Below are positions 18,594-27,458 of a stretch of 64,000 bases of DNA, in pieces. Under the pieces are notes generated by a model. It ran no database searches. It saw nothing but the letters and a program-made list of their open reading frames with translations, and was not told where the DNA came from. Position 1 is the stretch's first letter; the number at the start of each line of letters is the position of its first letter. Both the position numbers and the translations under genes were made by a program. Source of the DNA: Thermoplasmata archaeon (GTDB lineage: Archaea > Thermoplasmatota > Thermoplasmata > Lutacidiplasmatales > UBA184); NCBI GenBank assembly GCA_027315455.1, contig DAHUXZ010000009.1:2714-66713 (forward strand), given 5' to 3'.

Positions 18594-20117
18594 GTGAAGC
18601 TCGGCCTGGACCGGCGCGACGCCGGTGTGGTCAGCGTCGATGCCGTCGTGAGCGGCGTCTTCGAGCGGGGCGAGAAGGACGACACCCTCCCGCGGTCGCT
18701 CGCCAAGGACGGCGAGGCCGTCCCGGGCCACCTCACGGCCGCGTGGGAGCGCCGGGAGATCCGGGGCCGGCGCAAGGAGATCACCGTCCTGCATCGGCCC
18801 GCCGGCAAGGGGCGCATCGTGCTCGTGGGTCTCGGCCCGCGCAGCGACTACGGCGCCGACCTCACCCGCCGGGCGGCCGCCGAGGCGGTCCGCGCCCTGC
18901 GCGGGCGCGGGGCCCGCACCCTCGCCTTCCGCCTCGCCACGTTCGTCACCGAGGCCGTCCCGGCCGACCTCGCGGTACGGGGGCTCGCCGACGGGGCGGT
19001 GTTGGGCGGCTACGAGTTCCTGCGGTACCGTTCGTCCCACGACGCGGGCGTCGAGGAGGGGACGATCTGCCTCGGCGAGGAGCACGCCCGCGAGGAGGCC
19101 GCGCTCCGCCGCGCCCTGGACGAGGAGGACGTCCTCCTGGAGAGCGTGGTCCGCACGCGCGAGATCGTCAACACCCCGGCCGACACCGCGACCCCCGAGT
19201 GGCTCGCCGAAGAGGCGCGGCGGGTCGGCAAGGAGGTCGGGGTCAGGGTCACCGTCTACGACGAGAAGAAGCTCGCCGAGATGCACTGCGGCGGCCTGCT
19301 GGCCGTGGGGGGCGGCAGCGCGCATCCGCCGCGCCTCATCGTCCTGGAGTACGGCGGCGGGGCCCGTGGCGGCCGGACGATCGCCGTCGTCGGGAAGGGG
19401 ATCACGTTCGACTCCGGCGGCATCTCGATCAAGCCGGCGGAGGCGATGGCCGACATGAAGTTCGACAAGGCCGGGGCCTGCGCGGTCCTCGGCATCGTTC
19501 GGGCGGCGGCGCTGCTCAAGGCCCCTCCGCGCGTCATCGGGGTGATGGCGTGCGCCGAGAACCTCCCGAGCGGCTCGTCGTACCGGCCCGGGGACCTCGT
19601 CCGGACCTACAACGGCCGCACGATCGAGGTCCTCAACACCGACGCCGAGGGCCGGGTCGCCCTGTCCGACGCCCTCGGGTTCGTCGTCGATCGCTTCCAT
19701 CCGGACGAGGTCATCGACCTCGCGACCCTCACCGGCGCGTGCGTGACGGCGCTCGGGGACGACACGGCCGGCCTCATCGCGACCGATGACCGGCTCGCCG
19801 CCGGGCTCCTCGCCGCGTCGGCGGCGACGGGGGAGCCGCTCTGGCGCCTGCCGCTCACCGACTACCACCGCGAGCTGGTCAAGAGCGACATCGCCGACGT
19901 GCGCAACCACACCGAGATGAAGATCGCCGGGGCCCTCACGGCCGCCGCGTTCCTCGAGACGTTCGTCGGGCGCGTGCCGTGGGCCCACCTCGACATCGCC
20001 GGCCCGTCCTTCACCACCCCGACGACGCGCAAGTGGCAGCCGGCGTACCAGAACATCGGGGCGACGGCGTTCGGGGTGCGGCTCGTCACCCGCTACCTCC
20101 TCGACGGCGGGAAGTAG
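18594..20117 (+). CDS. pepA: Leucyl aminopeptidase (M17)
   Basis: GKGITFDSGG, MKFDKAG, NTDAEGR, ATLTG, WAHLDIAG. Confidence 0.95.
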   Translation: MKLGLDRRDAGVVSVDAVVSGVFERGEKDDTLPRSLAKDGEAVPGHLTAAWERREIRGRRKEITVLHRPAGKGRIVLVGLGPRSDYGADLTRRAAAEAVRALRGRGARTLAFRLATFVTEAVPADLAVRGLADGAVLGGYEFLRYRSSHDAGVEEGTICLGEEHAREEAALRRALDEEDVLLESVVRTREIVNTPADTATPEWLAEEARRVGKEVGVRVTVYDEKKLAEMHCGGLLAVGGGSAHPPRLIVLEYGGGARGGRTIAVVGKGITFDSGGISIKPAEAMADMKFDKAGACAVLGIVRAAALLKAPPRVIGVMACAENLPSGSSYRPGDLVRTYNGRTIEVLNTDAEGRVALSDALGFVVDRFHPDEVIDLATLTGACVTALGDDTAGLIATDDRLAAGLLAASAATGEPLWRLPLTDYHRELVKSDIADVRNHTEMKIAGALTAAAFLETFVGRVPWAHLDIAGPSFTTPTTRKWQPAYQNIGATAFGVRLVTRYLLDGGK

Positions 20118-20125
20118 GCGCCGCC

Positions 20126-21586
20126 TCAGTTCTCGACGATCTTCACCGACTCGCCGCCGTGGCGCGTCGCGCGGGGGCGGACCTCGCAGAACAGCGGGGT
20201 GTGGTAGCCGCCGCCGGTGACGAGGGCGGTCCCGACGGGGAGCGACTGGATCATCTCGGTCATCCCGTTCGTGAGCCCCTCGATCGACTGGGCGATCGCC
20301 TTGAGGTCGAGGGGGTTCGTGACCTGGAGGATCAGCTGGGTGTTGCACTGCGAGAGCACGCTCTTGTCGATGCGCGCGGCCCGCTGGGTGACGCAGCACA
20401 GCCCGAGGCCGAACTTCCGGCCCTCGCTCGCGATGTTCTTCAGGACCCGCGAGCAGGCCGCCGTCCCCTGCTGCGGGGCGAAGTTGTGCGCCTCCTCGAT
20501 CACGAGGAACAAGGGCGGGACCTTCCCCTTCTTGCGGAACTCGAAGAGGTTGGAGGCGATCCGCGCGACGACGAGCTCCTGGACGTCCGGCGCGACCCCG
20601 CGCAGGTTGATGAGGGTCGCCGAGCCCTTCTCGACGAGCTCGTTGAGGCTCGTCCCCTTCGGTCCGAGGAGCTTCGTCTGCTCGACGTACTCGAGCCGCT
20701 CGTGGAGGACCTCGGCGACGGCGCCCTCGCCGCGCTCGGCGGCGCGGACGAGGTCGCGGACCGTGAACTCGGGGTTCGCGGCGCTCACCTCCTCGAGGAG
20801 CGCCTTGAGGGGGGCGAGGTACTGCTTGATGTTCGTGAGCCCCATGAACACGAGCAGGTCCCGCGGTTCGAGGTTCCGCAGCGAGAAGGTGAGCGGCCGG
20901 GCCGTGGGATTGAGGGTCACGTCCGGGGAGAACTCGAGGACCTGCTTCGGGAACCCCTGCGTCTCGACCATGAAGCGGCCGTGGACCCCGTTCTTTTCCC
21001 CGGCCTGGCGGAGCGAGCCGTACTCCCCGTGCGGGTCGATGATGACGCACGTGACGTGGTGGCGGAGGAGCTCCTCGATGAGGACGCCGAGGAGGTAGCT
21101 CTTGCCGCCCCCCGTCTTCGCGAGGACGCTCACGTGGCGCTGGACGAGCTGGTTGATGTCGAGCTCGATCCGGAGCGAGTGGTTCCGCAGCAGGCCGACG
21201 TAGGCGCCGGTGTTTCCGTGGTGCTTGAGGCCGAGGACCTCGGCGATGAGCGGTTCCTCGGCGCGGAAGACCTTCGCCCCGGGGCGGAACGGGATCGTCG
21301 GGAGCTTGACGAGCCCCTGGTGGTCGCGGAAGCCGATGATGCGCGCGATGCCGAGGAGGTTCTCGTGGATCAGCGTCTCCGCGCCGTGCCCGAGCTCGTC
21401 GGCCCGCACGAGGTCGAGGTCGCTCTTCCGCCTAAGGTCGTCCAGTTGGCAGAGGACCGGCCCGTGGGCCTCGTCCTCGACGGCGAGGTAGTCGCCGCGC
21501 TCCACGGCCTGCGTGAGGCTCAGGTGGAACACCCCGAGGCCCACGTCGCCGTAGATGCGTCCCACGTCCTCCACGAACGCGTTCAT
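20126..21586 (-). CDS. HerA/FtsK-superfamily ATPase (DUF87-type)
   Basis: HAS-barrel-like N-terminus, AKTGGGKS, IIDPHGEY, LVIEEAH, EGRKFG, SQCNT. GTG at 21574 is an alternative start. Confidence 0.88.
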   Translation of the reverse strand: MNAFVEDVGRIYGDVGLGVFHLSLTQAVERGDYLAVEDEAHGPVLCQLDDLRRKSDLDLVRADELGHGAETLIHENLLGIARIIGFRDHQGLVKLPTIPFRPGAKVFRAEEPLIAEVLGLKHHGNTGAYVGLLRNHSLRIELDINQLVQRHVSVLAKTGGGKSYLLGVLIEELLRHHVTCVIIDPHGEYGSLRQAGEKNGVHGRFMVETQGFPKQVLEFSPDVTLNPTARPLTFSLRNLEPRDLLVFMGLTNIKQYLAPLKALLEEVSAANPEFTVRDLVRAAERGEGAVAEVLHERLEYVEQTKLLGPKGTSLNELVEKGSATLINLRGVAPDVQELVVARIASNLFEFRKKGKVPPLFLVIEEAHNFAPQQGTAACSRVLKNIASEGRKFGLGLCCVTQRAARIDKSVLSQCNTQLILQVTNPLDLKAIAQSIEGLTNGMTEMIQSLPVGTALVTGGGYHTPLFCEVRPRATRHGGESVKIVEN

Positions 21587-21737
21587 CGGGGGGGCCGTTT
21601 ATTAGCGTGACCCCGCATGCGAACGTCGTTGCCGCGGCCGGCGCACCGGCACGCGCCGGGGGCCGGCACCGACACGCCCCCGCGCGGAAGTCTTTTTATA
21701 CGCTCCCAATGTCGAACGTTCCCTCCGCGCGCCGGGA

Positions 21738-22625
21738 ATGGGCGCGGGGAGAAGCGCTTTGACCGACGCCGCCGAGGAACTGGAACGCAAGCGCGCCGAG
21801 CTCAATGTCCGGGCCGATGAGCACCGTGCCCGGCGCGACAAGCTCAACACCGAGGCGCGCAGCCGCGCCGAGGAGCGCGGCCTGATCCTCGACGAGCTCC
21901 ACGCGAAGAGCGCCGAGGCGCAGGACCATCGCCGCCACCGCGACGACCTCAACGACCAGGTCCGCGAGGCGAAGCGGCTGCGCGAGGAGTGGAACCGCAA
22001 GCTCCAGGAGACGAGCGACCGCGTCGCCGATCTCAAGCGCGCGCGCGTCCCCCGCCCCGGGGCGGTCCCGGTCTGGCGGCTGAGGAAAGAGCTGCGCGAG
22101 CTCGAGTTCCGCCACATGACCACCGCCCTCACCGGCGACCAGGAGAAGCGGCTCGTCGAGGAGATGAAGCGCCTCGAATCCGCGATCCGCGAGCAGGACG
22201 AGGCGCTCCACCAGGACCCGGAGATCGATCAGGCCCTCGCCGCGCTGAACGAGGCGCGGACCGAGGCCGAGAAGCACCACGCCGCCGTCGGAGGGCTCGC
22301 CGAGGAGGCGCAGCGCGAGCACGAGGAGATGGTCCGCCTTTTCGAGGCCGTCGACGAGCTGCGGCGCCGCGCCGACGAGGTCCAGGCCAAGCTCATCGAG
22401 GTCAAGGCGGCGGCCGACGAGGCGCACCGCGCCCACATTTCCGCGATCGAGGAGGTCCGGGACGTGGAGAAGATGCTCTACGCCGCACGCGGCGGCCGCG
22501 CCCCCGCGGCCTGGGCCGGCGAGACCGAGCCGCCCAAGGAGGAGGACTTCCTCGCGCGCCTCAAGAAAGGCGAGAAGGTCTCGACCGAGGACCTCCTCGA
22601 GCTGCAGAAGACCGGCCGCGGATAG
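21738..22625 (+). CDS. Archaeal coiled-coil protein (COG1340-like)
   Basis: Continuous heptads; LEFRHMT..L...EKRLV and C-terminal KKGEKVSTEDLL. Confidence 0.8.
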   Translation: MGAGRSALTDAAEELERKRAELNVRADEHRARRDKLNTEARSRAEERGLILDELHAKSAEAQDHRRHRDDLNDQVREAKRLREEWNRKLQETSDRVADLKRARVPRPGAVPVWRLRKELRELEFRHMTTALTGDQEKRLVEEMKRLESAIREQDEALHQDPEIDQALAALNEARTEAEKHHAAVGGLAEEAQREHEEMVRLFEAVDELRRRADEVQAKLIEVKAAADEAHRAHISAIEEVRDVEKMLYAARGGRAPAAWAGETEPPKEEDFLARLKKGEKVSTEDLLELQKTGRG

Positions 22626-22631
22626 GCGACC

Positions 22632-23399
22632 GTGAGCGTTGCGTCCTCCCCGCCGCGTCGCGCGGTCCTCTTCGACCTGGACGACACGCTCGTCCCCTGG
22701 CACACCGTGGCCCACTGGCAGTGGGCGTGGCGCCCCCAGGGCCCCGTCCTTTCCGAGCGGCATACCCAGGCCGCGATCCGCCGCTCGCTCCACCACTGGG
22801 ACCGTCGGCGCTGGGAGGGGCTCGTCGGCGCCGGGCCGCCGACGACGGCCGACGACCTGCGGGAGGCGCTGCGCGCCGAGCTGTTCGCCATCGCCGCGCA
22901 CCCCCTGCCGACCGCCGAGACCGAGGCGGTCGTCGACCGGTTCCTGCGGCCGGCGGGCGAAGGGGAGGCGTTCGCCGATGCGGCGCCGACCCTCGCCGCC
23001 CTCGCCGAGCGCGGGGTCCGCCTCGGGGTCGTCACCGATCTGCCCTTGGCGTCGGCGCGCCGCGCGCTCGCCCGCGCCGCGCTCCCCGAGGACCTCCTGG
23101 TCCTCCACGGGGACGACGCCGAAGCCCGCCTGCCCAGCGCGGCGGCGTTCCGCCTGGCCGCGGCGCGCCTCGACGTCAAGCCGCGCGGGTGCCTCTATGT
23201 CGGGGACCTGTTCTGGAGCGACGTCCGCGCGGCGGCGCGCGCCGGGTTCGCTTCGGTCCTCCTCGACCGCACCGATGCCCTGGCGCGGGTCACCGGCACG
23301 AGGGTCCGCTCGCTCGCCGAGGTGCCCGGCCTCCTCGCCGCCCCCGCGCCGGCGTCCGCGATGCCGGGGCCCGACGCGGCCGCGGGGACCGGACCGTGA
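22632..23399 (+). CDS. HAD-superfamily hydrolase
   Basis: FDLDDTL motif I; YVGD...SDV motif IV. Confidence 0.85.
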   Translation: MSVASSPPRRAVLFDLDDTLVPWHTVAHWQWAWRPQGPVLSERHTQAAIRRSLHHWDRRRWEGLVGAGPPTTADDLREALRAELFAIAAHPLPTAETEAVVDRFLRPAGEGEAFADAAPTLAALAERGVRLGVVTDLPLASARRALARAALPEDLLVLHGDDAEARLPSAAAFRLAAARLDVKPRGCLYVGDLFWSDVRAAARAGFASVLLDRTDALARVTGTRVRSLAEVPGLLAAPAPASAMPGPDAAAGTGP

Positions 23400-23468
23400 C
23401 GGTCCGACGCACGCCGGCCCGTTTCGAAGGAACGCCTATATATGCCGACCGCAGGTGACTCCGTGTCG

Positions 23469-23870
23469 ATGCGCTACGTCAAGCTCAATCAGTCGGAGCT
23501 CCACAAGATCAAGGAGCTCTACGAGGGCGTGATGAGCCATGCCTGCCACGGCCTGTTCTTCAAGGAGGGTTCCGTCGTCGGGTCCGACATGGCGGAGGAG
23601 GCCCTCAAGGACCGGGCCCACTTCCACCAGCGTGCCGGCGAGATCCTCAAGGAGCGCGGCTGGGTCGACGAGATCTCCTTCAAGGACGGCGAGGTCGTCG
23701 TCAAGGGGTCGATCGAGGTCGTCCCGAGCGATATCCCGACCTGCCACCGGCTTCGGGGCATCCTTCGCGAGTTCTACGAACGTTTTAAGGGCTCTCGCGT
23801 CAAATGTACCGAGGAGGCGTGCGCTTCCGTCGGACAGGCCGAGTGTCGTTTCCGTATCGAGGAGATGTAG
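23469..23870 (+). CDS. V4R-domain protein
   Basis: RGW, GSIE, PTCH..RG, EEACASVG..ECRF. Start 23469 chosen from TATA at about 23437 and AGGTGA. Confidence 0.8.
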   Translation: MRYVKLNQSELHKIKELYEGVMSHACHGLFFKEGSVVGSDMAEEALKDRAHFHQRAGEILKERGWVDEISFKDGEVVVKGSIEVVPSDIPTCHRLRGILREFYERFKGSRVKCTEEACASVGQAECRFRIEEM

Positions 23871-23883
23871 GGGCTCCGGGTAG

Positions 23884-24243
23884 ATGATGGCGACGGGTAG
23901 CGTAGGCGCGGTGATCAAGGACCTCAAGAGCCGGATCGGCGGGATCGCGACAGCCCTCGTCTCCCGCGACGGGCTCGTGCTGTACGCCGACGTCCCCGCG
24001 GGGGTTTACACCGAGACGTTCGCCATCATGTGCGCGACGATCCTCGGTGCCGCCGCCACGGCGAACACCGAGCTCAACCGCGCTCCCCCCGAGCGCATCG
24101 TGATCGAGGGGAACGACTCGAAGACGATCATCGTCGGGAGCGGGAAGAAAGCGCTCCTCGTCGCGGTCGTCGACCAGAGCGCCGAGGCCAACCGCGTCCT
24201 CGCCGAGGTCGCGAAGGTCGCGGAGCTGCTCAAGACGACGTAA
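23884..24243 (+). CDS. Roadblock/LC7-domain protein
   Basis: GIATALVSRDGLVL...FAIMCATILGAA......EL......IVIEG. Confidence 0.88.
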   Translation: MMATGSVGAVIKDLKSRIGGIATALVSRDGLVLYADVPAGVYTETFAIMCATILGAAATANTELNRAPPERIVIEGNDSKTIIVGSGKKALLVAVVDQSAEANRVLAEVAKVAELLKTT

Positions 24244-24285
24244 CCGGCCCTCCGGGCCGTCCCCTGCGCGCGGCGCGGGGATTCG

Positions 24286-25194
24286 CTAGCTGCCGGGTCC
24301 GCGGGCACCGGCCCGCTCGGCGGCGGTCGCTCCTGTGGAGGCCGGCTCGCCCTCGGGGAGGGCGGACTTCGCCGGGACGGGAGAGAGCCGCCGACCGGCC
24401 CCGGTGAAGACCCGCGTGAGGTAGCCGGCGAGGGCGGCGACGAGGCGGGCCCAGGCGATGACGGTGCGCTGGGTCTCGACGAGCCGGCGGACGCGGTAGC
24501 TGCCCCAGAGGGTGCCGTGCTTCTCGGTGAGCTGCTTACGGCCATAGCCGTTCCAGAACGCCTGGTAGAGGAACCGGATCAGGTTCGGGCGCATCGCGTG
24601 GTAGACGAGCGCCCCGGGATGGTGGAAGATCCGCGCGCCGTGCTGGACGGCGCGCAGGTTGAGGTCGATGTCCTCGGCGGTGATGAAGCGCGGGTCGAAC
24701 CCGCGCAGCTCGTCGAAGCGCGCGCGCCGGTAGCCGAGGTTGCAGGACGGGTAGGTCACGTCGCTGCCCCGCCGGAACAGCTCGACCCGGTCGAGGGCGC
24801 CGTACTGGGGGCTCCCGACGGCGACGGTCGTGCCGGCGACGATGTCGCTCGTCGCGAAGCCCTCGCGAAGGGCGTGCAGCCAGGCGGAGTCGGCGAAGCA
24901 GTCGCCGTCGATGAAGGCGACGAACTCCCCCTTCGAGGCGCCGACGCCCGCATTGCGCCCGATCCCGCGCGAGCCGAACCGCTGGAAGGCGTGGAACCGC
25001 TCCGGATAGCGCGCCGCGAACTCCCCCGCGATAGCGAAGGTCGCATCGGTCGAGAGGGCGTCGACGACGACGACCTCGTAGGGCTCCTCCTGGGCGAGGA
25101 GGCTCTCGAGGAGCCGGCGGAGGTGCCGCCCCTCGTTCTTGACGGTGATGACGACGGAGACGAACGGGCGGGTTTGCGCGGCGCTACTTCCCAA
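24286..25194 (-). CDS. Glycosyltransferase family 2
   Basis: VSVVITVKNE, VVVDALSTD, GRNAG, FIDGD, AEDIDL. Confidence 0.92.
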   Translation of the reverse strand: MGSSAAQTRPFVSVVITVKNEGRHLRRLLESLLAQEEPYEVVVVDALSTDATFAIAGEFAARYPERFHAFQRFGSRGIGRNAGVGASKGEFVAFIDGDCFADSAWLHALREGFATSDIVAGTTVAVGSPQYGALDRVELFRRGSDVTYPSCNLGYRRARFDELRGFDPRFITAEDIDLNLRAVQHGARIFHHPGALVYHAMRPNLIRFLYQAFWNGYGRKQLTEKHGTLWGSYRVRRLVETQRTVIAWARLVAALAGYLTRVFTGAGRRLSPVPAKSALPEGEPASTGATAAERAGARGPGS

Positions 25195-25426
25195 GTTCCA
25201 TCACGACGACGTCCTTGACCGCGCGCATGCTCTTGAAGGGGAGCACCAGGCGGCCGGACCCGTCGATCTGGAACAGGCGCGGCTCGACGTCCTCGCTCGG
25301 CGTGACCAGGACATGGGCGATGCCCCCGGTCTGGGTGTCCACGACGAAGTTCTCGATCATCCCGAGGATCTGGCCGTCATTGGTCATCACGGTCTTTCCC
25401 CGGAGCTCGGTCAGGAACTTGCGCAT
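25184..25426 (-). CDS. PRC-barrel domain protein (CdpB-like candidate)
   Basis: LRGKTVMTNDGQILGMIENFVVDTQTGGI...VRAVKDVVV-type pattern. Confidence 0.85.
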   Translation of the reverse strand: MRKFLTELRGKTVMTNDGQILGMIENFVVDTQTGGIAHVLVTPSEDVEPRLFQIDGSGRLVLPFKSMRAVKDVVVMELGK

Positions 25427-25623
25427 GGCGTCCTCGCCGGCGGATGGCGGACGTCGCTATTTAATCGTTATCGGCGGCGGGAAATCGTTCCGGCCCACCG
25501 GCCGCTTCCCCCGCACGGTCGTGCGCGGGGCCTCGCGGAGGCTCGTACGCGCGCCCGCCGCGCGCCGCGTGCTGCCGCCGGCGGCAAGCCTTATATGAAG
25601 CACCCGGGTCGAGGCCCTCCCGC

Positions 25624-25989
25624 ATGCTTCGCACCATCCGCAAGGACAATCCGGAGCTCCGGCGTATGCTCATCGAGCTGCGTCGCGCCGCCCGAGCGCA
25701 CGAGGCCCCGATCTGGGGCGCGGTCGCCGAGAAGCTCGCCCGTCCCCGGCACGCCGCCCCCGCGGTGAACGTCGGTCACCTCGACCGCCTCGCCAGCGAG
25801 GGGGAAACGCTGGTCGTCCCGGGAAAGCTCCTCGCCGACGGCCGGCTTTCCAAGCCGCTCACCGTCGCCGCGTTCCAGTACTCGCGAGAGGCGCGGGAGA
25901 AGATCCACGGGGCCGGTGGCACCGCCCTGACCCTCGACGAGCTGCTCAAGGCCAAGCCGAACGGCGCGGGGGTGCGTCTCTTTGCCTGA
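25624..25989 (+). CDS. rpl18e: 50S ribosomal protein eL18
   Basis: KDNPEL, APIW..VA..L, VNVGHL, VVPGKLL, A..KI..AGG. Confidence 0.95.
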   Translation: MLRTIRKDNPELRRMLIELRRAARAHEAPIWGAVAEKLARPRHAAPAVNVGHLDRLASEGETLVVPGKLLADGRLSKPLTVAAFQYSREAREKIHGAGGTALTLDELLKAKPNGAGVRLFA

Positions 25990-26665
25990 CGAGGCCGACT
26001 CCCCCGCCGCCCCGGCCGCCGAGAAGAAGCCGGCCGCACCGAAGGCTCCCCGGGCCCCCCGCGCGCCCCGGACCGTGACGGCGCCGGCCGAGAAGGGCGA
26101 GACGCCCGCGGCCGCCCGGCCGTCGGCGGCGAAGCCCGCGACCACGACCCCCGCCGCCGGGACTGCGGCTCCGGCCCAGAAGGCCCCCACGCCTCCGGCC
26201 CAGAAGGCCCCCACGCCTCCGGCGCCCGCCCCCGCGGCCGTGCCGAAGGGGACGGTCGTGGACGCGAGCGGTCTCGTCCTCGGCCGCGCCGCGAGCGTCA
26301 TCGCCCAGCGCCTCCTGCGCGGGGAGCTCATCGTCGTCGTCAACGCCGAGAAGAGCGTCGTGACGGGTTCCCGCGCGTCGGTCCTCGGCCACTACCGCGA
26401 GAGCCGCGCCCGTGGCTCGGTCCGCAGCGGCCCGCACTTCCCCCGCTACCCGGACCGCATCTTCCGCCGCACGGTCCGGGGGATGCTACCGCATCTCAAG
26501 ACCCGCGGCAAGGAGGCGCTCGACCGCCTCACGGTGCACATCGGCGTGCCCCCCGAGCTCTCGGGGGTCGCCCGCGTCTCGATCGACCAGGCCCGCGTGC
26601 GCCCCGCGCTCCGGGCCCCGACGACCCTCCAGGAGATCAGCCGCCTGCTCGGAGCCCGTGTATGA
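25982..26665 (+). CDS. rpl13: 50S ribosomal protein uL13 with long Pro/Ala/Lys N-terminal extension
   Basis: VDASGLVLGRAASVIA, VNAEK, GPHFPRYPDRIFRRTVRGMLP. Position between eL18 and uS9. Confidence 0.93.
   Translation: MPDEADSPAAPAAEKKPAAPKAPRAPRAPRTVTAPAEKGETPAAARPSAAKPATTTPAAGTAAPAQKAPTPPAQKAPTPPAPAPAAVPKGTVVDASGLVLGRAASVIAQRLLRGELIVVVNAEKSVVTGSRASVLGHYRESRARGSVRSGPHFPRYPDRIFRRTVRGMLPHLKTRGKEALDRLTVHIGVPPELSGVARVSIDQARVRPALRAPTTLQEISRLLGARV
26169..26223 (+). repeat. 24-bp tandem repeat (about 2.3 copies) encoding PAQKAPTP
   Basis: CTCCGGCCCAGAAGGCCCCCACGC twice, plus a partial copy. Confidence 0.9.
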
Positions 26666-27069
26666 AGGCCCCCGTCATCGTCCAGGCGACCGGCAAGCGG
26701 AAGGAGGCGATCGCCCGCGCGACGATCCGCAAGGGCGCCGGGCGCGTCTGGATCAACCGCCGCCCGCTCGAGATCGTCGAGCCCGAGACGGTCCGCCAGA
26801 AGATCCAAGAGCCGCTCCTCATGGTCGGCGACCGCTGGCACGCGCTCGACATCAGCGTCGACATCCAGGGCGGCGGGATCATCGGCCAGGCCTCGGCGGC
26901 CCGGACCGCGGTCGCGCGCGGCCTCCTCGCCTGGCTCAAGGACCCCGCCCTCACGGACATGTTCAAGCGCTACGACCGGTCGCTGATCGTCAACGACCCC
27001 CGCCGCAAGCTTCCGAAGCGGCCGGGCGGGCGTGGCGCCCGCAAGCGGCGGCAGAAGTCGTACCGCTGA
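26662..27069 (+). CDS. rps9: 30S ribosomal protein uS9
   Basis: GKRKEAIARA, GGGIIGQ, YDRSL..DPRR, GARKRRQKSYR. Confidence 0.97.
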   Translation: MKAPVIVQATGKRKEAIARATIRKGAGRVWINRRPLEIVEPETVRQKIQEPLLMVGDRWHALDISVDIQGGGIIGQASAARTAVARGLLAWLKDPALTDMFKRYDRSLIVNDPRRKLPKRPGGRGARKRRQKSYR

Positions 27070-27085
27070 GGAAGGAAGGCCGTCG

Positions 27086-27283
27086 ATGACGATGATGGTG
27101 CCCGTGCGCTGCTTCACCTGCGGCGCCGTGATCGGCCAGAACTGGGACGAGTACCGAGAACGGACCGCGCGGGGCGAGAACGCGGGCGAGGTACTGACCG
27201 CCCTCGGCCTCAGCCGCTACTGCTGCCGCCGGATGCTCCTGACCCACGTCGACCTCCTGGACGAGGTCGGCCCCTACGGGTAG
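27086..27283 (+). CDS. rpo10: RNA polymerase subunit N (Rpo10)
   Basis: MMVPVRCFTCG...RYCCRRMLLTHVDL. Confidence 0.96.
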   Translation: MTMMVPVRCFTCGAVIGQNWDEYRERTARGENAGEVLTALGLSRYCCRRMLLTHVDLLDEVGPYG

Positions 27284-27289
27284 GGCGCT

Positions 27290-27438
27290 CCCGCGTCGTG
27301 CGTAGCCCACCGGGCGCTCTCCTTGGGCCGTGGCGCCCCTTGGGCGGCCCTACGGCGGCCCGAGACTCCTTGGAGGACGAGAACCGCTCCGGGCGCCCCT
27401 TGCGGGGCGACCGGAGACGTGGGGAATAGGTTCGCGGG
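27290..27438. other. Multi-stem structured intergenic element with four CYCCTTG (minus strand CAAGGRG) motifs; candidate ncRNA or bidirectional terminator
   Basis: Nested inverted repeats CCCGCG/CGCGGG, CCCAC/GTGGG, GGGCCG/CGGCCC, CTCC-TT-GGAG, and CTCCGG-GCGCCCC-TTGC-GGGGCG-A-CCGGAG. Confidence 0.45.
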
Positions 27439-27458
27439 TACGGCCGATCCCGGCCGCC

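Noticed and set aside
18594-21586. PepA plus HerA/FtsK-like ATPase as a Xer/dif dimer-resolution module
   Set aside because: The genes are convergent, no recombinase or dif-like site is visible, and PepA's peptidase role is sufficient explanation.
25430-25620. GC hairpins between the PRC-barrel gene and rpl18e as a riboswitch or leader
   Set aside because: They lie between two outward-facing TATA boxes (about 25460 and 25591), so are probably untranscribed; the stems are short.
27290-27438. tRNA or 5S rRNA after rpo10 (a tRNA often lies here in archaea)
   Set aside because: No TTCRAAT T-loop or cloverleaf and no conserved 5S motifs; retained only as an unknown structured element.
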